The translations under genes were made by a program, and so were the position numbers. Below, in pieces: positions 7,155-16,561 of a stretch of DNA of 32,000 nt (position 1 is the stretch's first letter; every line of letters starts with the position of its first letter). This DNA comes from Vibrio vulnificus CMCP6 (GTDB taxonomy: Bacteria > Pseudomonadota > Gammaproteobacteria > Enterobacterales > Vibrionaceae), in assembly GCF_000039765.1 (NCBI RefSeq), contig NC_004460.2:210001-242000 (forward strand). Direction: 5' to 3'. Below the pieces are notes generated by a model. The model worked only from the letters and a program-made list of their open reading frames with translations. It had not been told where the DNA came from and made no database searches.

Positions 7155-10100
7155 GCATTGCGGAATATTCCATCAAGAACAAAGTCATCAGCTGGCTGTT
7201 TATCGTTATTCTCGCCATTGGCGGGGTCACGTCATTCTTAGAATTGGGGCGTTTGGAAGACCCTGCATTCACCATTAAAGATGCGATGGTCATTGCTACG
7301 TACCCGGGCGCAACGTCGAAAGAGGTTGAAGAAGAGCTGACTTATCCGATCGAGAAAGAGATCCGCAAGCTGCCTTACATCGATAAGATCACGTCCACCT
7401 CATCGAATGGTTTGTCGCAAATCATGGTGAGCATGAAGATGGATTACGGCCCAGACGAGCTACCCCAAATCTGGGATGAGATGCGCCGTAAAATCAATGA
7501 TCTGCAACCCTCGTTACCGCAAGGTGTTCAATCTCTGCAAATTATTGATGATTTTGGTGACGTATACGGCGTGATGCTGATGCTCACGGGCGACGATTAC
7601 GATTATGTGGAACTGAAACGCTACGCAGACCAACTGACTCGTGAGCTTGAACTGATTGATGGTGTGGGCAAAGTGGACATCGCAGGCGATCAACAAGAGC
7701 AACTCTTTGTTGAAATCTCCCTCGACCGCCTTGCGGCACTCAACCTTGATATGAACGTTATTTCCGGTTTACTCAATAAGCAGAACAACGTGGTTTCTGC
7801 CGGTGAAGTGATGGTCAATGGCGAGAGTTTGATGATTCGCCCAAGCGGCACGTTGAACACCGTCGACGCGCTTGAAAATCTTATCATTCATGGCCGCGAT
7901 ACAGGGAATCTTATTCGCTTAAAAGATGTGGCGACCATTACCCGTGGCATTCAAGAAAAGCCCGACAATGTGCTGTTGTTTAACGGCAAGAAAGCGATCA
8001 ATATCGGCGTTTCATTTGCTTCAGGCGTGAATGTGGTGGAAGTGGGCCAGCGTATTGAAACGGAACTGGCCAGCCTAGAAAGCATCAAACCAGCAGGCAT
8101 CGACATGAGCTACTTCTACAATCAGGCACAAGAAGTGGATGATTCAGTGAAAGCCTTTGTGATCAGCCTAGCGGAGGCGGTGGCGATCGTGATTATTGTT
8201 CTGCTGTTCACCATGGGGCTTCGTAGTGGGGTGATCATCGGCTTGGTGTTGCTGCTGACGGTATTCGGCACCTTTATCTTGATGAACCATTACGACATTG
8301 AACTGCACCGAATCTCGCTAGGGGCGTTGATTATCGCCCTAGGTATGCTGGTGGATAACGCCATTGTGGTGGTGGAAGGGATTTTGGTGGGCCTAAAGAA
8401 AGGGCGCACAAAAATCCAAGCCGCGACCGACATTGTGAAACAAACTCAGTGGCCATTGTTGGGGGCGACCGTGATTGCCATCACCGCGTTTGCGCCGATT
8501 GGCTTATCACAGGACGCGACGGGTGAGTTCATGGGCTCGCTGTTCTGGGTTTTGTGTTTCTCGCTGTTCTTAAGCTGGATCACCGCCATCACGCTGACAC
8601 CGTTTCTGGCGGATCTGCTCTTGAAAGAGCAAGACAAAACGCTCGCTACCGATGAAGAAGACCCATACAAAGGTTGGTTGTTTGTCGCATTTGGTGCGTC
8701 GCTAAAGTGGGCGTTGCGTTTTCGTTGGCTGACGGTCGCAGGCATGGTGGCCTTGCTCGTTGGCGCGGTAGTGGCATTTGGTCATGTTAAGCAGCAGTTC
8801 TTCCCGCCATCAAATACGCCGATGTTTTACGTGGATATGTGGATGCCAGAAGGGACGGACATTCGTGAAACCATGAAGCAAGCCAGTGAAGTGGAAAGTT
8901 ACATTCGCCAACAAGCAAACATCGACTTTGTGTCAGCATCGATTGGTCAGGGTTTGCAGCGATTTGCTTTGACCTATGAGCCGGCCAAGAACTACGAAGC
9001 GTATGCGCAATTTCAAGTGAGAACAACGGATCGCGACACCATGTTTGTGCTGCTCAATGAACTGGATAGCCGCTTAGCCAAAACCTTTGATAAGCCAACC
9101 TTCCAATTAAAGCTGATGGAGTTTGGCCCATCGCCGGCATCTAAGATTGAAGCACGCATTACTGGCCCAGATCCGCAAGTGCTCAGAGCGTTGGCGGTTC
9201 AAGTGGAAGACATTCTCCATACCGATCCGGGCGCTCGTAATATACGCCATGATTGGCGTGAGCGAACGAAGCAAATCGTGCCAATTTTCAACGAATCGAA
9301 AGCGCGCCGTTTAGGTATCTCAAAAGAAGATTTGTCGAGCACCTTGCAGATGAGTTTTGGTGGCAGCACATTGGGTCTACTCAGAGATGGCACACACATT
9401 TTGCCGATTATGGTGCGATTGCCAGAAACAGAACGAGTGGACTTTGAATCGCTACAAAACGTCAGCATCTGGAGCCCATCGTTGCAAAGCTACATTCCGG
9501 TTGATCAAATCATCGATGGTGTGACTTTAGATTGGGAGGAGCCGTTAATACAACGACGCGACCGTAAACGCACGTTGACCGTGTTGGCTGACCACGACGT
9601 GCTAAGCGAGGACACGGCAGCAAGTTTGTTTGCCCGCGTGCAACCTAAAGTGATGGCGCTGCCTATCCCACATGGCTATGAAATCACGTGGGGTGGGGAA
9701 TACGAATCATCGAAAGATGCGCAAGAAGGGCTGTTTGGCTCACTGCCAATGGGCTATTTGTTGATGTTCATCATCACTATGTTGCTTTTCAATTCGTTCA
9801 AAAAACCGTTGGTGATTTGGTTCACGGTGCCGCTGTCTATCATTGGTGTGGCGTTTGGTTTGTTGGCCACCAACATGCCGTTCAGTTTTACCGCTTTTCT
9901 TGGCCTGTTGAGCCTTAGCGGTATGATTCTGAAAAATGGCATTGTGTTGCTGGATCAGATCAATCTGGAACTCGATTCAGGGAAAGATCCGTATCTTGCC
10001 ATCATCGATAGCGCGGTGAGCCGTGTTCGCCCTGTCAGCATGGCGGCATTGACTACCATACTTGGTATGATTCCGTTGGTGTTTGATGCGTTCTTTGGCT

Positions 10101-10210
10101 CTATGGCCATTACTATCATGGCAGGCTTGGGTTTCGCGACGGTACTAACCTTAGTCGTTGTGCCCGTTATGTTTGCTATTTTGTTTGGCATTAAGCCAGC
10201 AAAGTCTTAA
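7151..10210 (+). CDS. RND (HAE1/AcrB-family) inner-membrane efflux transporter, 1019 aa
   Basis: Full-length 12-TM AcrB-like organisation with two large periplasmic loops. ATGA overlap with the upstream adaptor indicates translational coupling. Two adaptors plus one pump is the arrangement I recall for Vibrio VexIJK/VmeTUV-type systems. Confidence 0.95.
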   Translation: MSIAEYSIKNKVISWLFIVILAIGGVTSFLELGRLEDPAFTIKDAMVIATYPGATSKEVEEELTYPIEKEIRKLPYIDKITSTSSNGLSQIMVSMKMDYGPDELPQIWDEMRRKINDLQPSLPQGVQSLQIIDDFGDVYGVMLMLTGDDYDYVELKRYADQLTRELELIDGVGKVDIAGDQQEQLFVEISLDRLAALNLDMNVISGLLNKQNNVVSAGEVMVNGESLMIRPSGTLNTVDALENLIIHGRDTGNLIRLKDVATITRGIQEKPDNVLLFNGKKAINIGVSFASGVNVVEVGQRIETELASLESIKPAGIDMSYFYNQAQEVDDSVKAFVISLAEAVAIVIIVLLFTMGLRSGVIIGLVLLLTVFGTFILMNHYDIELHRISLGALIIALGMLVDNAIVVVEGILVGLKKGRTKIQAATDIVKQTQWPLLGATVIAITAFAPIGLSQDATGEFMGSLFWVLCFSLFLSWITAITLTPFLADLLLKEQDKTLATDEEDPYKGWLFVAFGASLKWALRFRWLTVAGMVALLVGAVVAFGHVKQQFFPPSNTPMFYVDMWMPEGTDIRETMKQASEVESYIRQQANIDFVSASIGQGLQRFALTYEPAKNYEAYAQFQVRTTDRDTMFVLLNELDSRLAKTFDKPTFQLKLMEFGPSPASKIEARITGPDPQVLRALAVQVEDILHTDPGARNIRHDWRERTKQIVPIFNESKARRLGISKEDLSSTLQMSFGGSTLGLLRDGTHILPIMVRLPETERVDFESLQNVSIWSPSLQSYIPVDQIIDGVTLDWEEPLIQRRDRKRTLTVLADHDVLSEDTAASLFARVQPKVMALPIPHGYEITWGGEYESSKDAQEGLFGSLPMGYLLMFIITMLLFNSFKKPLVIWFTVPLSIIGVAFGLLATNMPFSFTAFLGLLSLSGMILKNGIVLLDQINLELDSGKDPYLAIIDSAVSRVRPVSMAALTTILGMIPLVFDAFFGSMAITIMAGLGFATVLTLVVVPVMFAILFGIKPAKS

Positions 10211-10241
10211 CCCGACTTACCAATGGCACAATTCTATCGAT

Positions 10242-10278
10242 AAAAAATGGGGCAGTGTGACTGCCCCAAATCGTTTTT
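10242..10278. terminator. Bidirectional rho-independent terminator between the RND operon (+) and the OMP gene (-)
   Basis: AAAAAA, then GGGGCAGT GTG ACTGCCCC (10249-10267), then AAATCGTTTTT. There are A/T runs on both sides. Confidence 0.7.
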
Positions 10279-10369
10279 CCGCATTGTTTTTGCTTTCTTG
10301 TTCCGTGTAAGAGTCAGAAATTGTTCTTTTATGCGGTTTCCTAGCTTTCAACCAAACGTTGTTGAAGGC

Positions 10370-10945
10370 TTAGAACTTGTAAGAAACACCTGCGTAAAGT
10401 GAACCAAGAACGATGTTGATGTCGTCACGTGGGCCGTTATCGAACATAAAGCTGTCCACTTCGTAGGCTACGCGGAAGTTGAGGTTTTCAATTGCTTTTG
10501 GTGAGTATTCGCCACCCACACCAGCGCGGAATGAGGTTTCTGTCTTTGATAGAGGACCAAAATCGAGTTCAGTGCGGCCAAGGCCCACTGTTGCAAAAGG
10601 ACGCCATCCACTATCAAAGGTGTAACCAAGATTTGCCATCAACGCGATGCTTTCTGGTTTTACCATGTGGCGGTCTGCGTCGTCTTTACTGTAAATATCA
10701 CCGTAACGCGTGTATTGCGCTTCGATTGCCACAATGCGGTTGAACTGGTAACCACCGTACAGTTTGTACGTTGAATCGTTTGATTTTAGGTTTAAATCGT
10801 TTGTGCCCACACCATCGTCGAATGCGGTTGTCGTACCGATACCACCACCTAGATAGAAACCAGAAACATCTTTCTTCTCGATGTCGTTGGTGTTTGCCTG
10901 CGCAAATGCAGAGACAGCAGCTAACAAAAATACAGCTTTTTTCAT
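10370..10945 (-). CDS. Small outer-membrane beta-barrel protein (OmpA-like/OmpX-Ail-type 8-strand barrel family)
   Basis: Signal peptide MKKAVFLLAAVSAFAQA. Alternating aromatic/Gly beta-strand pattern and a C-terminal ...GVSYKF with terminal Phe. The start is uncertain: ATG at 10945 versus GTG at 10957. Confidence 0.75.
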   Translation of the reverse strand: MKKAVFLLAAVSAFAQANTNDIEKKDVSGFYLGGGIGTTTAFDDGVGTNDLNLKSNDSTYKLYGGYQFNRIVAIEAQYTRYGDIYSKDDADRHMVKPESIALMANLGYTFDSGWRPFATVGLGRTELDFGPLSKTETSFRAGVGGEYSPKAIENLNFRVAYEVDSFMFDNGPRDDINIVLGSLYAGVSYKF

Positions 10946-11146
10946 TTTGTAATTCACTCTGTTACGTTCAATAAAACGGTGTGCATTATAAGGCGCGACT
11001 TATGCGATACAAGTCTTATTATTGATACAAGTGATAGAAAGGTTGTTTACATCAATAACCTCCGCACCCTATGCGGCGTATATTATAAGTTGCTGATTTA
11101 ACTGAAAAGTATTGATATGTATGGTTTTGTCATTACGAAGGAGGCA

Positions 11147-11175
11147 TAAAAAAACACCTCCGCAAGGGAGGTGTT
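11147..11175 (-). terminator. Rho-independent terminator of the fruBKA operon
   Basis: The minus strand reads ACACCTCC CTTGC GGAGGTGT followed by TTTTTTT (plus-strand A-run at 11147-11154). It lies about 50 bp after the fruA stop. Confidence 0.8.
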
Positions 11176-11221
11176 GAAAGCCAAATTCGAGGGGGAACTG
11201 GCATCAAGGTAAGGATAAAAC

Positions 11222-12949
11222 TTAGGCCGTTGCTTCTTCTTTTGCTTCAGCACGATTTTTCAGGAAGGCATAACCAAAACCGGTTAATGCGGTACCTGCT
11301 GCGATAGCGACTAGGTACATCAGTACTGGAGTAATCGCGTTTGGAATCAGCAGTACAAACAGACCACCGTGAGGTGCCATCAATTTAGCACCAAACAGCA
11401 TGGATAGGGCACCGGTTAGTGCGCCACCAGCCATACAAGCAGGGATGACACGCATTGGGTCTTTCGCTGCAAAAGGAATGGCACCTTCAGAGATAAAGCA
11501 TAGACCAAGGACAAAAGAGGCTTTGCCTGCTTCGCGCTCGCTTGGTTCAAACTTGTCTCTCGCTAGGAAAGTCGCTAAGCCCATACCCAGTGCAGGTACC
11601 ATGCCTGCTGCCATGATGGCTGCCATTGGTGCATAAGTTTGAGAAGCCAGTAGACCAACACCAAAGGTATAAGCCGCTTTGTTTACTGGGCCACCAAGGT
11701 CGAAACACATCATTGCGCCAAGAATCACACCCAGCAGCACTGCGTTCGCTGAGCCCATATTGTTGAGGAATTCTGTCATCGCGGACATGATGCTGGAAAC
11801 CGGGCCACCTACGATGTAAATCATGGTGAGACCAGTGAACAAGCTCGCAATGAATGGGATGATCAAAATCGGTTTGAGCGCTTCCATTGATTGTGGCAGT
11901 TGCACTTTATCTGCAATGAATTTCGCTGAGTAGCCGGCAATAAAGCCCGCCGCGATACCGCCAAGGAAACCCGCGCCAGTTGAGCTTGCCAGCATACCGC
12001 CAATGAGACCTGGTGCCAGACCTGGGCGATCTGCAATTGAAAACGCAATGAAGCCAGCAAGAACGGGAATCATCAGTGCGAAAGCGGAGCCTCCACCGAT
12101 GGTCATGAGTGCCGAAGCCAATGTACCTTCTTCTTTAAACGCTTCGATACCGAAAACGAAAGAGAGAGCGATGATCAAACCACCTGCCACGACCACAGGA
12201 AGCATGTGAGAGACGCCCGTCATCAGGTGCTTATAAACGCCTTTTTTCTCTTCAGAAGCGTTGCTGCTACCAGCCGAAGCAGTGTGTTGATAAACCGTTG
12301 CTTGAGCGAACGCTTTGTCCATCTCTTCGCCTGTTTTCTTCAATGCTGGGCCTGTCTTGGTGCGGTACATCAGTTTGCCGTTGAAGCGATCCAGTGGCAC
12401 TTCGATATCTGCTGCAATGATCACCAGATCCGCATCAGCAATTTCTTGCTCGGTTAGCTGGTTTTTCGCGCCCACAGAACCGCGCGTTTCCACTTTAATT
12501 TGGTGGCCACGACGTTTGCCTTCTTCCTCTAGAGCTTCTGCCGCCATAAAGGTGTGTGCAACGCCCGTTGGACAAGCCGTGATGGCGACAATTTTCTTTG
12601 CCGCAGTTTGCACTGTCGGTTGAACACCTGCGCTGGCTTGCAGCAGTTGCGCTTTCTCGACCGCGCTTTGTAAAAAGGCGTTGGCGTCGCTGGTGACCGC
12701 GCTGATCTCTGAGCGATACAGTTTTTTGCCAACGAAACGACTTTCATCGATAGGGGTATTGGCAGCAATCACAACCACATCCGCGTCCGCAATTTGCTGA
12801 GCAGAGAGTGGTGTGGTTGGCATGACGCTCGATTGACATTCAATCGATGCATCCCAGTTGAGGCTTTTCGCTGCTTGTTCGAGTAATCCCGCAGCGATAA
12901 TGCTGTTTGCTACGCCGCTAGGGCAGGCAGTAATAATCGCAATTTTCAT
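11222..12949 (-). CDS. fruA: PTS fructose-specific EIIB'BC component
   Basis: Two IIB-like domains (MKIAIITACPSGVANS; KKIVAITACPTGVAHTFMAAEAL) are followed by a polytopic IIC domain. I prefer the start at MKIAII (12949); the track ORF extends to 13003, overlapping fruK. Confidence 0.95.
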   Translation of the reverse strand: MKIAIITACPSGVANSIIAAGLLEQAAKSLNWDASIECQSSVMPTTPLSAQQIADADVVVIAANTPIDESRFVGKKLYRSEISAVTSDANAFLQSAVEKAQLLQASAGVQPTVQTAAKKIVAITACPTGVAHTFMAAEALEEEGKRRGHQIKVETRGSVGAKNQLTEQEIADADLVIIAADIEVPLDRFNGKLMYRTKTGPALKKTGEEMDKAFAQATVYQHTASAGSSNASEEKKGVYKHLMTGVSHMLPVVVAGGLIIALSFVFGIEAFKEEGTLASALMTIGGGSAFALMIPVLAGFIAFSIADRPGLAPGLIGGMLASSTGAGFLGGIAAGFIAGYSAKFIADKVQLPQSMEALKPILIIPFIASLFTGLTMIYIVGGPVSSIMSAMTEFLNNMGSANAVLLGVILGAMMCFDLGGPVNKAAYTFGVGLLASQTYAPMAAIMAAGMVPALGMGLATFLARDKFEPSEREAGKASFVLGLCFISEGAIPFAAKDPMRVIPACMAGGALTGALSMLFGAKLMAPHGGLFVLLIPNAITPVLMYLVAIAAGTALTGFGYAFLKNRAEAKEEATA

Positions 12950-12968
12950 AGTAGTAACCTTATGTCTC

Positions 12969-13946
12969 TTAGCTTGCACTAGCAGAGTTCTGCACGTCGT
13001 CAAGCGATTGAACTTGCGTTCTTTGTTGTATGCTTTCCAGCTCTTGCTGGCTGGTTAATCCCACGCCAACCTGCGTGACCGCCATCGCGGACAGTGCAGT
13101 GGCAAATTTCAGTAAATCCATTTTTGGCATTTGTTGCATGTGGCCCCAGCATAAGCCAGCCACTAAGGTGTCGCCTGCGCCAACGGTGCTCACCACCGAC
13201 ATTCTTGGTGGCATGGCGCGTAGCCATTGACCGTCATGAAGCCACATCACACCGTCCGCCCCCATAGAGACAACGATGTTGGCGATGCCTTTGTTGGCAA
13301 GGCTCTGTGCGGCATGCTGGCATTCGTCAGCGCTGTGCAGTGCTTTTCCCACGAACTCGCTGAGTTCTTCGTCATTGGGTTTAATTAGCCAAGGTGCGGC
13401 GTCGAGTCCTGCTTTTAGTGCAGCTCGGCTGCTGTCAAACAGCACTTTCTTGCCTGCATTTTGCAGTAACGCTATCCACTTTGCGCACTGCTCTGGCGTC
13501 ACACCTTGAGGTAGGCTGCCGGCAAACACAAAGTAATCGTGATCCGTCATCAGGCGAGTTAAGCGCTGCTCAAACTCAACGATGTTTTGTTCGTTCACCG
13601 TGACGCCAGGGAAGTTGATGTCGTTGACTCGGCCATCGGCTTCGACCAATTTGACGTTGATGCGCGTTGCGCCTTCCACGCGCACAAACTGATCGCTTGC
13701 AGCGATATCGGCAAACAGTTGGCTAAACATTTCAGGGTTATCTTTGCCAAGAAACCCCGTCACAGTGACTTGTGCACCGAGATCGCTCAACACCTTCGCT
13801 ACGTTTACCCCTTTACCAGCCGCGTGCAAGCTGCTGTGATTCACAAGGCTGACTGAGCCAATGTTTAATTGCTCTAGCGATCCTGTTAGATCCAGCGCGG
13901 GGTTCAGCGTAATAGTGACAACTTTGTTGGTCATTTGAGTGGTCAT
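12969..13946 (-). CDS. fruK: 1-phosphofructokinase
   Basis: PfkB-family motifs: ITLNPALDLTG, AGKGVNVA, STVGAGDTLVAGL. Sits between fruB and fruA. The start may instead be the internal ATG at 13934. Confidence 0.95.
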   Translation of the reverse strand: MTTQMTNKVVTITLNPALDLTGSLEQLNIGSVSLVNHSSLHAAGKGVNVAKVLSDLGAQVTVTGFLGKDNPEMFSQLFADIAASDQFVRVEGATRINVKLVEADGRVNDINFPGVTVNEQNIVEFEQRLTRLMTDHDYFVFAGSLPQGVTPEQCAKWIALLQNAGKKVLFDSSRAALKAGLDAAPWLIKPNDEELSEFVGKALHSADECQHAAQSLANKGIANIVVSMGADGVMWLHDGQWLRAMPPRMSVVSTVGAGDTLVAGLCWGHMQQMPKMDLLKFATALSAMAVTQVGVGLTSQQELESIQQRTQVQSLDDVQNSASAS

Positions 13947-13955
13947 AGCAGCACC

Positions 13956-15098
13956 TTAACCTTCACCAAGACCAGAGGCGATCGCTGCGCCAATTGCTTC
14001 AAGTGCTTGAGAAGCATCTGGGCCTTCCGCGGTAAATTGCAGTTGGTGACCGTGTTTCACGCCAAGCGCGATTACTTTCATTAAGCTTTTCGCGTTGACT
14101 ACTGAGCGGTCGCCATCTAAGTTTGCCACTTTGATGGTGGATTCAAATTTCTTCGCTTCTGCCACTAACATGGCACCAGGGCGCGCATGCAGACCGTGTG
14201 CGTTTTTGATTTTAAATACCGCGGTATTCTCGGACGTTGCTGGCTCTTGAGAGGTATTTGCAACGCTTTCACCAGTCAGCATGGCAATCACTTGTTCGGC
14301 ATTCGCGCTGAGTAATGTCTCTTGTTTACCTTGATAAACCAGTTGAGTTAGGTTGGTGAGTATCGCTTGGTGCGCGTTGTTGCAAGCGCCAAATGCCAGT
14401 AAGCCTTTTACGGGTGTGCCTTGATACTCACAATCGTTCGCAGTCGTCACAAACGACACGGCAGTACGAGTGACGCTGGCATCGCTCCCAACTAGCCACA
14501 AACCTTTGCCAAGATGCGTTGGGGTTTTGGTCACGAGCTCTGCCACAAATTGGCTGCCTGCATTGCCGCTGTTTTTGATCAAACCTCCGGCAACCGCGCT
14601 CATTTGGATCATGTCGCTGGCAGGGAAGAGCAGCTGGATGCTGGCGGCATCAAAGTCGGCTTCAAGTTGAACTTCGCCATTCAACAAAGCAATGATCTCT
14701 TGTTCCGTTGTGGCGTGCTGCAAACGCGTTTCTACGCCGTCTGCACTGAGCACTTTAGTCAGTTGCTTGAGAATGCCTAAGTGTTCGTCGGATTTCGCCG
14801 CGATACCAATAGCAAGATAAACCTTGTTGCCATCGCCCCAATCAACGCCGTGAGGAAAGTGATGTACGGCCACCCCGGTGTTTTGCACCAAATCGCGCGT
14901 GTCGGTCGTGCCATGAGGGATGGCAATGCCATTACCCAAAAATGTGGAGTTTTGCGCTTCACGGTTGAGCATGCCTTCAACGTAACCTTGCTCAACCAAT
15001 CCTTTTGCGGTGAGAGCGGCAGCGATGCTTTTGATCGCATCAAGTTTGTTGTCGGCGCTCTGCTGGAGCGTAATATCTGATGAAGTTAATTTGAGCAT
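13956..15098 (-). CDS. fruB: PTS fructose-specific EIIA / FPr (HPr-like) fusion protein
   Basis: N-terminal EIIA(Fru/Mtl-type) motif GNGIAIPHGT. C-terminal HPr-like domain NAHGLHARPGAMLV. 380 aa, first gene of fruBKA. Confidence 0.93.
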   Translation of the reverse strand: MLKLTSSDITLQQSADNKLDAIKSIAAALTAKGLVEQGYVEGMLNREAQNSTFLGNGIAIPHGTTDTRDLVQNTGVAVHHFPHGVDWGDGNKVYLAIGIAAKSDEHLGILKQLTKVLSADGVETRLQHATTEQEIIALLNGEVQLEADFDAASIQLLFPASDMIQMSAVAGGLIKNSGNAGSQFVAELVTKTPTHLGKGLWLVGSDASVTRTAVSFVTTANDCEYQGTPVKGLLAFGACNNAHQAILTNLTQLVYQGKQETLLSANAEQVIAMLTGESVANTSQEPATSENTAVFKIKNAHGLHARPGAMLVAEAKKFESTIKVANLDGDRSVVNAKSLMKVIALGVKHGHQLQFTAEGPDASQALEAIGAAIASGLGEG

Positions 15099-15273
15099 GT
15101 TGCCTTCTTAGCGTATCGCGTCGTCATTTCTCTCGGTTCAACCTGTTTCTCTACGGTGTGAGAGGTCTTCTTTGTTTAAGAAGTCTGCTTTGCTTAACAG
15201 ACTGTCTTTGCCTAAAAGCGCCTTTGGTTAAAAGCACACCCTTAGATTTGGAGCGTTAAGCACTTTCACAGCG

Positions 15274-15295
15274 TTGCTTAACTTTTGCTTAACTT
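15274..15295. repeat. Perfect tandem 11-bp direct repeat TTGCTTAACTT x2, immediately adjacent to a FruR operator
   Basis: Read directly: 15274-15284 and 15285-15295 are identical. A third TTGCTTAAC occurs at 15190-15198. Confidence 0.6.
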
Positions 15296-15297
15296 AA

Positions 15298-15313
15298 GCT
15301 GAACCGATTCAGC
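15298..15313. promoter_or_regulatory. Cra/FruR-type operator GCTGAACCGATTCAGC
   Basis: Palindromic GCTGAA-N4-TTCAGC matching the Cra/FruR half-site (TGAAWC / GCTGAA). Lies in the fruR-fruB intergenic region. Confidence 0.75.
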
Positions 15314-15447
15314 AATTGGTTTAAAAAAATTCAGCAAACGGCACTTTTATTTACAACGTGGACACGGCCAACGAGTTCAATACCGAGAATGCTGTTCAAT
15401 TCGACAAAATCATTCAATTAGGTGATGTATGTCTATTTGCAGATTTT

Positions 15448-15463
15448 GCTGAATCCTTTCAGC
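15448..15463. promoter_or_regulatory. Cra/FruR-type operator GCTGAATCCTTTCAGC
   Basis: Same GCTGAA-N4-TTCAGC architecture. Confidence 0.7.
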
Positions 15464-15469
15464 TTTTAT

Positions 15470-15485
15470 ACTGAATCGATTCAGC
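15470..15485. promoter_or_regulatory. Cra/FruR-type operator ACTGAATCGATTCAGC
   Basis: CTGAATCGATTCAG is a perfect palindrome. It lies 6 bp from the previous operator and about 70 bp upstream of the fruR ATG. Confidence 0.7.
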
Positions 15486-15555
15486 GTATAATTCAACAGA
15501 CGCGAAGATCTGGAATTCGAATCTATGATCAGGCGCACAGATTAGGGTAGGTAAT

Positions 15556-16536
15556 ATGACACTGGATGAAATAGCCAAGTTGGCAGGTGTTTCGAAAACA
15601 ACGGCAAGTTATGTGATCAATGGTAAGGCGAAAAAATACCGCATCAGCGAAAAAACGCAGATGAAAGTGATGGCGGTGGTGGAGGAATACAATTTTCGTC
15701 CCGATCACGCAGCATCGTCACTTCGAGCAGGAAACTCGCGCTCGTTTGGTTTGATCATTCCGGATTTAGAAAACACCAGTTACGCACGCCTTGCTAAGTT
15801 GCTTGAACAAAATTCACGTAAAGCGGGGTATCAAATCCTGATTGCCTGTTCTGATGATGATCCTGAAACAGAGCGCAAGGTCGCCGATGCTTTAGTGAGC
15901 CGACGCATTGATGCGCTGTTTGTTGCAACCAGTATGGCGGATGCTAATGAATTTTATCTGGCGATGCAAAAGTCAGGCACACCCGTGATTGCACTAGACC
16001 GTCCGTTAGACGACGAATTCTTTAGTTGTGTGGTCAGCGAAGATTTTGGTGCGGCGTTTGAGCTGACATCGTCTTTAATGAGTGAAGAGATTCAAACTGT
16101 GGGGTTGATTGGCGCTCTGCCCGAGTTGAATATTTCACGTGAGCGCCACCAAGGTTATCTCTCTGCAGTGAAGAAAATGGGCAAACAGGCACAATCGGGC
16201 TACGGTGAGCACTTTTATCGCGAAGAGGGCTACCGCATTATGCACGAGTGGCTGTTGGCAGACACCATTCCAGATGCGATTGTGACCACCTCGTACACCT
16301 TATTAGAAGGGGTGTTGGATGTGCTATTGGAGCAGCCGGAACTGGTCAATAAAGTCAAACTGGCCACATTCGGTGATAACCGCTTACTGGATTTCTTACC
16401 GTTTAAAGTGAACTCACTGCCGCAGCAATTTGAATTGATCGCCGACAGCGCGCTGGAGTTGGCACTCAATGCCTCAGCGAAACGCTACAAACCGGGCGTT
16501 GAATTGATCCCACGTAAAATTGTGCGTCGCTTTTAA
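15556..16536 (+). CDS. fruR: LacI-family fructose repressor/catabolite regulator (FruR/Cra)
   Basis: N-terminal HTH MTLDEIAKLAGVSKTTASYVINGKAKKYRISEKT..., followed by a periplasmic-binding-protein-like sugar-binding domain. Divergent from fruBKA. Confidence 0.93.
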   Translation: MTLDEIAKLAGVSKTTASYVINGKAKKYRISEKTQMKVMAVVEEYNFRPDHAASSLRAGNSRSFGLIIPDLENTSYARLAKLLEQNSRKAGYQILIACSDDDPETERKVADALVSRRIDALFVATSMADANEFYLAMQKSGTPVIALDRPLDDEFFSCVVSEDFGAAFELTSSLMSEEIQTVGLIGALPELNISRERHQGYLSAVKKMGKQAQSGYGEHFYREEGYRIMHEWLLADTIPDAIVTTSYTLLEGVLDVLLEQPELVNKVKLATFGDNRLLDFLPFKVNSLPQQFELIADSALELALNASAKRYKPGVELIPRKIVRRF

Positions 16537-16561
16537 ATCTTATCGCGAGGCAAGCTAGTGA

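Noticed and set aside
12949-13003. Upstream-extended starts offered by the ORF track: fruA at 13003, pgtA at 27106, yqhD-like at 29675, pgtC at 23454, second adaptor at 6060, pyk at 21752
   Set aside because: In each case an internal ATG has a better Shine-Dalgarno, matches the conserved family N-terminus or signal peptide, and removes an implausible overlap with the upstream gene. Several of the extended starts are TTG or GTG.
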